From the IMG/VR virus record IMGVR_UViG_3300025424_000009: DNA of 64,000 nt; one strand, written 5' to 3'. Every line of letters begins with the position of its first letter. Position 1 is the first letter of the stretch. Made by a program: the position numbers and the translations under genes. Positions 1-8,279 of the stretch are shown in pieces. Origin of the DNA: a virus. The notes below the pieces were generated by a model. It saw nothing but the letters and a program-made list of their open reading frames with translations, was not told where the DNA came from and searched no databases.

Positions 1-63
1 GTATATACTGTACCTAATGCTAATAGACTAAGTATTTTAGATGACAACAATGAAGAGTTAGGT

Positions 64-1125
64 TTGTATAAACATGAAGTCAAATTAGTGACAGATACCA
101 AAGAAAGACAACCTAAAGTAGGAGATAAGGCTAGGGTAATAACTACATTAGGGCATCATTTTAAACTAGATGAAGAGGTCGCAGTAGTTAAAATGGCTGA
201 CGAAGCTGGACTGTATAAATTAAAGTCAGCAGATAAAGATTTAATTCAATATCTATTTAGAGAACAATTTGAATTATTATGATATACCAACTGAAGAATA
301 TTCAATTCATCTCTGTAACTAAATCTAAGTTAGGTGAGTCTGAAAAGAGACTGTACTTAGAGGTATATACAGGAGACTACACCACCCCTAAAGTAATACC
401 TCTTAAATCAGAAGCTTGGACTACAACATCTGCAACATTTCATACAGAAGATGATATGTACATTATCGAATTTGATAACATCAAAAATACCAAGTCATTG
501 ATTACAATGCCCAGGTTCAACCTCACACTCCAAGACATCGAAGAAACATTCGGAATAACAAAAAATAATATAGTATGAACGAGTTGTCACCATCCATAGA
601 ATGTAAAAGGTTCTTATTAGATACCGAAGATGAAGTATTATATGTAATCAGATATAGACTAGGGAAAGTAGTTTACTTCTATGATAATGCATATGAAACA
701 GAACCTTGGGAATCTGGATTACAAGTATCATCAGTAAAAGAATTTGAAGAAAAGTTTAAAATAAAATTATGAGCACAACAGTAACACTCCCAATAGGAGA
801 ATACCAAAGACTAGTCGAGGTAGACAAGAAAGTAAAGAACGGACCTACTCTAAACCTGGTAGTAACTAGAGATGTTAGGTTTACCGAAGACTTCACTAAT
901 ACTGTAACAAACAAAGAGGTTATAACAGTAACCGGAGAATGGGTAGAAGGTTTGATGAGTAAACTTAAAGATGCTATTGATACTTCTAATGAAAAGAAAA
1001 AAGAGGTGTATTCACTTATCGAAGAAGGAATAAGACTTAACCAAAAAGCAAAAGAGTCTATGAAAGAAATACTGAATTACACCTTCCTACAAAGACTTAA
1101 GTTTCTGTTCACTAAAAAGATGTAA
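64..1125 (+). other. Four small hypothetical CDSs (64-282, 279-578, 575-772, 769-1125) upstream of polA
   Basis: Tightly coupled ORFs with overlapping stop/start junctions on the dominant strand; no recognisable motifs. Confidence 0.7.
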
Positions 1126-1128
1126 TAC

Positions 1129-2529
1129 ATGAACTTAGACAACGTCTACATTTTCGACATAGAAGCAGACGGACTATTAGACACCGTCACAAAGATACAT
1201 GTACTAAGTGTAGGCAAGGTGAATAGGAAGGGGGAGTTAAAGATAAAATCTATTACTGACTATGAGGAAATGAAAATATTCTTCATGGATAAAGACATTA
1301 CTAAGGTAGGGCATAATATAATACGATATGATTACCTAGTAGTAGAGAAAATTCTAGGTATAACTCCTGCCACTAAAAACACAATAGATACTCTTCCTAT
1401 TAGTTGGTATGCATTTCCAGATCTTTTGAAACATGGTTTAGAAGAGTGGGGAGAGATGCTTGGTGTTGAAAAACCCCATATTGAAGATTGGCAAAATCAA
1501 ACAATTGAAGATTACACCCATAGGTGCCAGGAGGACGTGAAGATAAACCATCTATTGTGGTTAGAGGAGTTATCATACCTACGAGAGTTGTACGATAATG
1601 ACAATGAAGTACTCCACTGTATCAAGTATCTTATATTTAAAACTATCTGTGTACGTGATCAGGAAAAGGTGGGAGTGAGGTTTGATAGAGAGCTTTGTGA
1701 GATTACTTTAGCTGATATTGAAAGAGAGAAAGAAGAAAAGATAGAACAGCTTAGGGCTGCTATGCCAAAAGTAGAAGTTGTATCTAAAAAGAAGAGACCT
1801 AAAGTATACCACACTAAGAAAGGACAATTATCTGCTAATGGTAAAAAGTGGGAAGAATTCTGTAAGGATTATGGGGTGCCTATAGATATGGAAGAAGTAA
1901 GTTATATTTCAGGGTACGCAGAACCTAATCCTCAATCAACAGCCCAACTCAAAGCTTGGTTAGAGTCTCATAATTGGATTCCAGATACTTATACTTATAC
2001 ACGTAACAAAGAAACAAATGAGTTTAAGAAAATTCCTCAGATATTTAACAAGGATACAGGAGAAGTAACTGACTCAGTTAAACTATTAATGGAAGTAGAA
2101 CCTGCTTTAAAAGCCTTAGATAACCTAGGTAAGCTAAAGCATAGGGCAGGTATATTATCAGGCTTTTTAAGAGATGCTATACAACAAGAAGATGGTACTT
2201 GGAGGATATACCCAAGTATGTCAGGGTATACAAGTACACTTAGATTACAACATAAGATTGTAGTTAATCTTCCAAAGGTAGGTGTATATTTAGGTGAGTC
2301 TATAAGAGGTTGTCTTATCGCAGATGAGGGTCATATATTGTGTGGTGCTGATTTAAGTAATATAGAGAATAAAACTAGGGATGCATATATCTATAATTTT
2401 GACAGTGCTTATGTTGAAACTATGAACACACCAGGGTACGACTCCCACTTAGAGCTTGCTCAAATTTCAGGCTATATAACAGAAGATGAAGTTTTATTTT
2501 ACAAGTGGTATAATTCTCAAAAACATTAG
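1129..2529 (+). CDS. polA: Family A DNA polymerase, N-terminal part (3'-5' exonuclease plus polymerase up to motif A)
   Basis: ExoI FDIEADG, ExoII GHNIIRYD, ExoIII YTHRCQED; polymerase motif A GADLSNIE; ends in TAG before motif B. Confidence 0.92.
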   Translation: MNLDNVYIFDIEADGLLDTVTKIHVLSVGKVNRKGELKIKSITDYEEMKIFFMDKDITKVGHNIIRYDYLVVEKILGITPATKNTIDTLPISWYAFPDLLKHGLEEWGEMLGVEKPHIEDWQNQTIEDYTHRCQEDVKINHLLWLEELSYLRELYDNDNEVLHCIKYLIFKTICVRDQEKVGVRFDRELCEITLADIEREKEEKIEQLRAAMPKVEVVSKKKRPKVYHTKKGQLSANGKKWEEFCKDYGVPIDMEEVSYISGYAEPNPQSTAQLKAWLESHNWIPDTYTYTRNKETNEFKKIPQIFNKDTGEVTDSVKLLMEVEPALKALDNLGKLKHRAGILSGFLRDAIQQEDGTWRIYPSMSGYTSTLRLQHKIVVNLPKVGVYLGESIRGCLIADEGHILCGADLSNIENKTRDAYIYNFDSAYVETMNTPGYDSHLELAQISGYITEDEVLFYKWYNSQKH

Positions 2530-2530
2530 T

Positions 2531-3091
2531 ATGACATTTGAAGAAATGAAAAGTCTTCCACCAGAAGAACAGAAAAGCATAATAAGTCGTATACGTAAGA
2601 GTAGAAATTTAGGCAAGACGTGCAACTTTGCGAGCGTCTACGGAGTGACCTTTAAAACATTATCAAGAAATACCGGTATATCTTTAAAAGAGGCTACTAA
2701 ACTTATAGATTCATATTGGAAAAGAAACTGGGCAGTTAAGGCTTTTGAGGAGACTCTGGAGGTAAAAGATTTATCAGGATATAAATATATAAAGAATCCC
2801 ATTAGTGGCTTATACGTAATTCTCAGAACGGATAAAGACAAGTTTTCAGCAGTTAATCAGTCAACGGCAGTTTTTGTTTTTGACTTATGGTTAAAGGAGG
2901 TAAGAAAGTTAGGTATAACAGTATGTTACCAATGTCATGATGAAATGTTATTTAACGTACCAAAAGGAGAAGAAGATAAATATAAAGACCTACTTCAAAA
3001 GGCTATGGATAATGTGAATAATATATTAAAACTGCCAGTTACTGTGAGAATGGAAGCCCAATTTGGGGATAGATATTCAGATTGTCACTAA
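2531..3091 (+). CDS. polA: Family A DNA polymerase, C-terminal part (motifs B and C)
   Basis: Motif B RNLGKTCNFASVYG, motif C CHDEM, typical end GDRYSDCH. The ORF track starts at 2486, but an in-frame ATG lies at 2531, 1 nt after the upstream TAG. Confidence 0.88.
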   Translation: MTFEEMKSLPPEEQKSIISRIRKSRNLGKTCNFASVYGVTFKTLSRNTGISLKEATKLIDSYWKRNWAVKAFEETLEVKDLSGYKYIKNPISGLYVILRTDKDKFSAVNQSTAVFVFDLWLKEVRKLGITVCYQCHDEMLFNVPKGEEDKYKDLLQKAMDNVNNILKLPVTVRMEAQFGDRYSDCH

Positions 3092-3095
3092 ATAA

Positions 3096-3143
3096 TTTGT
3101 AGTACATATTGTTGATATTTATTAATATATCAAATACTACAAA
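3096..3143 (+). promoter_or_regulatory. Nested inverted repeat (hairpin) directly upstream of the RHH ORF
   Basis: TTTGTAGTA (3096-3104) / TACTACAAA (3135-3143) and TTGATAT (3112-3118) / ATATCAA (3127-3133). Confidence 0.6.
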
Positions 3144-3145
3144 TC

Positions 3146-3280
3146 ATGATTAAAGAAAAAGACATACTCATTAGAGTTGAAGAAAAATTAAAAAAAGAAT
3201 TGCAAGAAGCTGCTGCAAAAGTAGGTTTAAGTTTATCGGCTTTTATACGTACCACACTTATAGAAAAAATAAGGAGGTAA
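3146..3280 (+). CDS. 44-aa ribbon-helix-helix (Arc/CopG-like) DNA-binding protein, below the ORF-track cutoff
   Basis: Manual translation MIKEKDILIRVEEKLKKELQEAAAKVGLSLSAFIRTTLIEKIRR: alternating beta strand, helix, G-turn, S-x-F-I-R helix. Confidence 0.75.
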   Translation: MIKEKDILIRVEEKLKKELQEAAAKVGLSLSAFIRTTLIEKIRR

Positions 3281-3281
3281 T

Positions 3282-4427
3282 ATGAATACAGAAGACTTTA
3301 TAAAGAAAGTTATAGAACGTAGGGGGGATGAATTATTTGACTATAGTAAAGTGGTTTATACAAAGACAGAAGAACCTGTTATTATAACCTGTAAGTTACA
3401 TGGAGATTTTACCACCACTCCACACCAATTTATGGCAGGTAAAAATTGCCCTGTTTGTTTAAAAACTATACTAAGTCAAAAATTTAGGTCAACTACAGAA
3501 ATATTCATAGAAAAAGCTAAAAAAGTCCATGGTGATAAATATAATTACTCCGAAGTTGAATATAAGACTAATCATGACAAAATAAAAATATACTGTAATA
3601 CACACAATAGTACATTTCAACAAACTCCAAATTCTCATTTGGCAGGAAAGGAATGCCCAAAATGTGGTAAAGCTAAACGTCATAAAAATAAAACATACAC
3701 TCAAGAAGAGTATATTAAATTAGTTACAGAAAAACATGGTAATAAGTATGACTACAGTCAAGTCAAATATACGGGGTGTTTTGATAGGATTAAGATACAT
3801 TGTCAAATTCACGGATTTTTCTTACAAAAAGCTTCGGAGCATTTGTTTGGTAAAGGTTGTAGACAGTGTGGAAATATACCTAAGCAAGATTATAAAGATA
3901 AATATGCAAAACAGTTTATAGAAAAAGTAAAAGTAGTACATAATAATTTCTTTGACTATAGTAAAACTGTATATACAGGGGCTCATATTAAAATTATAAT
4001 AACTTGTCCATTTCATGGAGACCTGGTAATGAAGGCTAATACACATCTTAACGGTACGGGTTGTAAACATTGTTCAAAAGAAAAAAGCGGATTTGGTAGA
4101 AGTAATTTTGTACACTCCTGCAAAAAAGATGATGGTATATTCTATTTAATAGAATGTTTTAATGAGGAGGAGAGATTTTACAAGATAGGTATAACAGGAA
4201 GATCAATCGAAATTAGGTATGCCAGAAGTAGGGATATACCGTATCAGTTTACTCTTATAAAAGAAGTAAAAGGTTCCCCAGAAGATATTTGGAATTTAGA
4301 AAAGTTAAATCTTAAAAATTTGAAAAATTATAAGTATGAACCAAAATTAAAATTTAATGGCCACACCGAATGCCTTTCCCTCTCTGCCCTACCTAAAATA
4401 AAGTTTGAATTAAATTTTGGTGATTAG
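3282..4427 (+). CDS. Putative free-standing homing endonuclease with four Zn-binding repeats (DUF723-like) and a C-terminal GIY-YIG-like domain
   Basis: Four repeats of Y(D/N)YSxVxY..(I)xCxxH..F..P/A..H..GxxCxxC; C-terminal GIFYLI...FYKIGIT..R; located next to polA. Confidence 0.75.
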   Translation: MNTEDFIKKVIERRGDELFDYSKVVYTKTEEPVIITCKLHGDFTTTPHQFMAGKNCPVCLKTILSQKFRSTTEIFIEKAKKVHGDKYNYSEVEYKTNHDKIKIYCNTHNSTFQQTPNSHLAGKECPKCGKAKRHKNKTYTQEEYIKLVTEKHGNKYDYSQVKYTGCFDRIKIHCQIHGFFLQKASEHLFGKGCRQCGNIPKQDYKDKYAKQFIEKVKVVHNNFFDYSKTVYTGAHIKIIITCPFHGDLVMKANTHLNGTGCKHCSKEKSGFGRSNFVHSCKKDDGIFYLIECFNEEERFYKIGITGRSIEIRYARSRDIPYQFTLIKEVKGSPEDIWNLEKLNLKNLKNYKYEPKLKFNGHTECLSLSALPKIKFELNFGD

Positions 4428-4446
4428 ATAAATGTTTATATATTTG
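4416..4446 (+). promoter_or_regulatory. Bacteroidota sigma-A type promoter upstream of groES
   Basis: TTTG (4416-4419), 19 nt, TATATTTG (4439-4446); matches the TTTG-N19-21-TAnnTTTG consensus. Confidence 0.7.
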
Positions 4447-4470
4447 CATCACAATATTAAATAAAAAATT

Positions 4471-4770
4471 ATGGAGTACAAAGCGAAACACGACAGGATT
4501 ATTTTAAAGGAAACTTCTGTAGAACAGAAATCTATAGGACGTATAGTAATTCCCGATTTAGAAGGAAATATCTCAGAGACGTATCTAGTAGTAGCAGTAG
4601 GACCTGGTACGGTCAATCCTCTTACCAAAGATTTTTATCCTACTCAGCACGAAGTGGGAGATGTTGTATACTGTAAGAAGGCAGTAATGCATGAACTGCC
4701 AGAGATAGAAGGAGAGAAGTATTACTCTACTAGAGACAATGAACCATTAGCATATATCTTAAACGATTAA
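4471..4770 (+). CDS. groES: Co-chaperonin GroES
   Basis: HDRIIL, GRIVIPD, VVAVGPG, VGDVVY motifs; 99 aa; near groEL. Confidence 0.85.
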   Translation: MEYKAKHDRIILKETSVEQKSIGRIVIPDLEGNISETYLVVAVGPGTVNPLTKDFYPTQHEVGDVVYCKKAVMHELPEIEGEKYYSTRDNEPLAYILND

Positions 4771-4780
4771 ATTATATTAT

Positions 4781-5286
4781 ATGAAAGTAATAGTAAATGG
4801 TGGATTAGAAGATTACAAAATTAAACCTGGAGTATTATTGGTAAGTAAAGCAGAAACCATTATAGTTCTTGTAACAGACTACCCTGAAGATTGTAACTAT
4901 TTCAGTGGAGTTATCTTATACCGTTATAATAAAGAGTATATTGGACGCTACGAAGAAGACTTTGATAAAAATGCGTACCCAAATATATTCACTGGTTCTC
5001 TAACCCTCTCAAACGACTAGACATGACAGAAGTAAAAAAGCACTTTGCATTTATATACAACTTACCTGAACCTACTCAAGTGGTTTTATGGCCGGCTTAC
5101 TACGAAGATACACAAGAGTTACTAGAGAACTACGATGAGATAAAAGAATACAACATATCTAATCTAGGATTCTCAGCTTGGTTATCAGCTAATCAGCCGT
5201 ATAAAGTACTAGTTAAGAAATTTCAGCCAGTAGAAGAATCACCTACAACAGAAGATGATAAACCTAAAAAAGTTAAAAAGAAATAG
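4781..5286 (+). other. Two small hypothetical CDSs (4781-5020, 5023-5286)
   Basis: Co-oriented ORFs between groES and groEL. Confidence 0.65.
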
Positions 5287-5296
5287 CCAATCAAGG

Positions 5297-5417
5297 CTCT
5301 ACCGGGAAAACAACGGGATGTCAAGCTTGTGGAGAACTTAGTTCCTACTTATTAAGTAGCAGGAGTTCTGAGAAGCAAGAATTAAATTCATTAATAACAA
5401 TTTAAAATTTAAAGATT
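5297..5417 (+). ncRNA. Orphan TnpB omegaRNA-like structured element, copy 1 (groEL leader)
   Basis: Near-identical to 7666-7785; hairpin CTACTT-ATT-AAGTAG; AGAACT/AGTTCT and GCTT/AAGC pairings; one frame reads like a TnpB C-terminal tail (TGKTTGCQACGELSS...SEKQE). Confidence 0.65.
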
Positions 5418-7076
5418 TTGTCAGTCACAATCACATCCGGACAGGAATTAAAAGAGAAGCTGTTAAAGGGAATAAACCTTTCAGCCAACACAGTAACAGC
5501 AACAATGGGTAGCTCTGGAAGACCAGTAGCTATCAGAGATGATCAAGGAGTTATCCGTATTACTAAAGATGGATACAGTGTAGCTAATGCCATCACATCA
5601 TTTGAAGATCCTATTGAGGATATGGCTTTACAGCTACTTAAAGCTTCTGCTAAGAAGACAGTAGATGAAGCTGGAGATGGTACCACTACCACTACCTTGT
5701 TAGTACAGTCTATAGTAAATGAATGTTTAGATATTACTTCCAAGGATGTCAATATAGTAGAAGTACAAAAAGGTATTAATACCTCAGTTGATAACATCAT
5801 AGCTAACCTAAAAGAGCAAGCTATGGAGATTACTACCGAAGAACAAATCTATAGTGTAGCTAAACTATCAGCTAACGGTGATGATGTGATTGCTAAATTG
5901 ATTGCAACATCAATAGATAAAGCTGGGAGAGACGGAAGTATTTCTATTGAAGAATCTAAGTTTGCAGAAGATTCATTAGAAGAGGTAGAAGGTATGGTGA
6001 TAGATAAAGGTCTTTCACATCATCACTTCATTACCGATGAAGCTAAAAACCATTCATTCCTTACAGAGCCTCTTATCCTTCTAGTAGACGAAGTAATGAG
6101 TACCTTAGAATCAGTTACCCCTTTCATGGTGTATGCATCTGAGAAAGAAAAGCCTCTATTAATCATAGCAGAAGGAGTAGAATCAGCAGCTATCTCTGTT
6201 CTAATTGTGAATCACCTTAGAGGTAACTGTAGAGCAGCAGTAGTAAAATCACCTGACTTTGGCCCTAGACGTAAAGCTATCTTGGAAGATATTGCTATTA
6301 TGACTGGAGCTACTGTATTAAGCAGAGAGAAAGGACACGACTTAAAGAAGTTAAAAGATGTAGGGCAGTATCTAGGCTCTTGCCGTTCAGCCACTATTAC
6401 TAAAGATAGCACTACTATCATAGATGGTCGAGGTGATAAGGACCGTATCGAAGAGAGGTTACTAGCTATCAAGGCTCAAATAGATAATGCTTCTTCAGCC
6501 TTTGAGAAAGAGAATCTTCAAGAGAGGTTAGGAAAGATGATTGGAGGAGTAGTTATCATCAATGTAGGTGGTAGGTCTGAGGTAGAAATGAAAGAACGTA
6601 AGGATAGGGTAGAAGATGCTTTATTTGCCACTAAAGCTGCCATTTCAGAGGGTGTAGTGCCAGGTGGGGGATTAGCCTTAATCAATGCAGAACCTGCCCT
6701 AGATAAGCCTCTATTGAATAAAGACCAAGAGATTGGTAGAGAAATAATGAGGAAGGTAATCTTTGCTCCATTTAAAAAGATATTACTGAATGCAGGTATA
6801 GAAAATAGTTATAAAATATATGCTGGAATAAGAGATAACCAAATGGAATTGATACGGTTAGATAAGTCAGAAAAGATGTTATGGCAAGGCTACAACGTTA
6901 AGACAGATACCTACGGAGATGTAAGGGATATGGGTATTCTAGATCCAGTCAAGGTTACCAGAGTAGCTCTTCAGAATGCAGCGAGTACAGCAGGTATCTT
7001 AATGACAGTAGCTGCTGGAGTTAACGAAAACAAATCAGAAAAACATGGTAATAACACTCAAGAGCAGCAATATTAA
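5418..7076 (+). CDS. groEL: Chaperonin GroEL (TTG start)
   Basis: ITKDG, AGDGTTT, KSPDFGPRRKAILEDIAIMTG, RVEDALFAT, GVVPGGG, GILDPVKVTRVALQNAAS; 552 aa. Confidence 0.97.
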   Translation: MSVTITSGQELKEKLLKGINLSANTVTATMGSSGRPVAIRDDQGVIRITKDGYSVANAITSFEDPIEDMALQLLKASAKKTVDEAGDGTTTTTLLVQSIVNECLDITSKDVNIVEVQKGINTSVDNIIANLKEQAMEITTEEQIYSVAKLSANGDDVIAKLIATSIDKAGRDGSISIEESKFAEDSLEEVEGMVIDKGLSHHHFITDEAKNHSFLTEPLILLVDEVMSTLESVTPFMVYASEKEKPLLIIAEGVESAAISVLIVNHLRGNCRAAVVKSPDFGPRRKAILEDIAIMTGATVLSREKGHDLKKLKDVGQYLGSCRSATITKDSTTIIDGRGDKDRIEERLLAIKAQIDNASSAFEKENLQERLGKMIGGVVIINVGGRSEVEMKERKDRVEDALFATKAAISEGVVPGGGLALINAEPALDKPLLNKDQEIGREIMRKVIFAPFKKILLNAGIENSYKIYAGIRDNQMELIRLDKSEKMLWQGYNVKTDTYGDVRDMGILDPVKVTRVALQNAASTAGILMTVAAGVNENKSEKHGNNTQEQQY

Positions 7077-7170
7077 ACCTAGACAGATAGGTTCTGCATG
7101 GTTTGTAGCAAGTACTATCTTAGAGAGTTATTATAACAATTTATTTAAATCAGAAATAAAAACAAATAAT

Positions 7171-7437
7171 ATGAACATAGAAGATTTAGCTAAAGAGTTA
7201 CAAAGAGTATCTAGAGAGATACATGAAAAAACTTGTAATGGAGAAGCTAATATTGGGTTTATGTCACCTCATGTATATAAGGTTCTATACCCAACAGAGT
7301 ATAAAAATAGATCCTTGGCTTTTAGATTAAAACACAGAAGAAAAAATATTAATTGGTACCCAGTGACTGACCCTATCAAAAGAAAAATATATGATAGCTT
7401 AAACACAGTTGAGTTTTTAACTGTAACACCTTTATAA
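7171..7437 (+). CDS. Hypothetical protein (probable start at ATG 7171 rather than 7045)
   Basis: A-rich initiation region before ATG 7171; a start at 7045 would overlap groEL. Confidence 0.55.
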   Translation: MNIEDLAKELQRVSREIHEKTCNGEANIGFMSPHVYKVLYPTEYKNRSLAFRLKHRRKNINWYPVTDPIKRKIYDSLNTVEFLTVTPL

Positions 7438-7448
7438 AAATAAACAGT

Positions 7449-7661
7449 ATGAAATATAGAATCGTAGAGACAGAAGGAAAGTTCTTCCCTCAATTCGCAA
7501 ATAGCGAAACAAACAATTGGCTACCTCTTACAGCCAAGGGACTTAACACCAAGGAAGAGGCACAAGTAGTTGCAGATAAACATGCAAACAGTTTTAAAAG
7601 TGTCAACGAAGTAGTACACGATTATATACCTAATTCACAAAAACAAATTTTATTAGGTTAA
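7449..7661 (+). CDS. Hypothetical protein
   Basis: 70-aa ORF with an A-rich start context. Confidence 0.65.
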   Translation: MKYRIVETEGKFFPQFANSETNNWLPLTAKGLNTKEEAQVVADKHANSFKSVNEVVHDYIPNSQKQILLG

Positions 7662-7665
7662 TAAA

Positions 7666-7785
7666 CTCTACCCTAAAATCTAGGGGATGTGAAGCTTGTG
7701 GAGAACTTAGTTCCTTACCGAAGGTAAGCAGGAGTTCAGTGAAGCAAGAATTAAACAATTAAATAACAATTTAAAATTTAAAGAT
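7666..7785 (+). ncRNA. Orphan TnpB omegaRNA-like structured element, copy 2
   Basis: Hairpins CCCTA-AAATC-TAGGG and CTTACC-GAA-GGTAAG (covarying with copy 1); one frame reads TLKSRGCEACGELSS...SVKQE. Confidence 0.65.
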
Positions 7786-8091
7786 TTGGAACAGCAACAA
7801 TTAAAAATTGATTTAAGTAAAACAGCAGGGTGTATATGCCCTGCTTGTAGTAACAATACCTTTAAAGAGGTACTACTTATAAGAAAGGTAAGTAAGTTCT
7901 TGATAGGGTCTAATACGGATATGCACATGCCTATTCCGGTATTCTCCTGTACTAAGTGTGATACTATTCATACAGGATCTCTCACACCTCAAGTAAGAGA
8001 TTTATTAAATGTAAGTGATGATACAGTAGATGTAGAAGAGGAAGAAACCCAACAGAGTGCTAAAATAATTTCAATGTTTCCTAAAAAGTAG
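7786..8091 (+). CDS. Zn-ribbon hypothetical protein (TTG start)
   Basis: CPAC...CTKC pairs. Confidence 0.7.
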   Translation: MEQQQLKIDLSKTAGCICPACSNNTFKEVLLIRKVSKFLIGSNTDMHMPIPVFSCTKCDTIHTGSLTPQVRDLLNVSDDTVDVEEEETQQSAKIISMFPKK

Positions 8092-8096
8092 TAACT

Positions 8097-8279
8097 ATGA
8101 TACGTGTTTTAGAAATACTAAACGAACAATTAGAAGAGAAACGTTCTCAACTAGAAGAGTTAATGACTAGCGGTAAAGATATAGTTAATGATCCTGTATA
8201 CGAACTGGAATGTGAAGCTTTAACTTCGGAGATAGATTCAATATTGGAACAGATAACTAAAAATATAGCAGATGTCTAA
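8097..8279 (+). CDS. Small acidic coiled-coil hypothetical protein
   Basis: 60-aa ORF overlapping the next start. Confidence 0.6.
   Translation: MIRVLEILNEQLEEKRSQLEELMTSGKDIVNDPVYELECEALTSEIDSILEQITKNIADV

Noticed and set aside
2527-2541. TAG stop-codon reassignment (as in some crAss-like phages) explaining the polA break
   Set aside because: Read-through of the TAG meets TGA three codons later, and the continuation is in another frame; genes elsewhere are intact under the standard code and several end in TAG
2500-2560. Group I intron or intein in polA
   Set aside because: No intervening sequence at the break and no intein motifs in either ORF
7045-7170. ORF start at 7045
   Set aside because: Overlaps the groEL end; a better A-rich initiation context precedes ATG 7171
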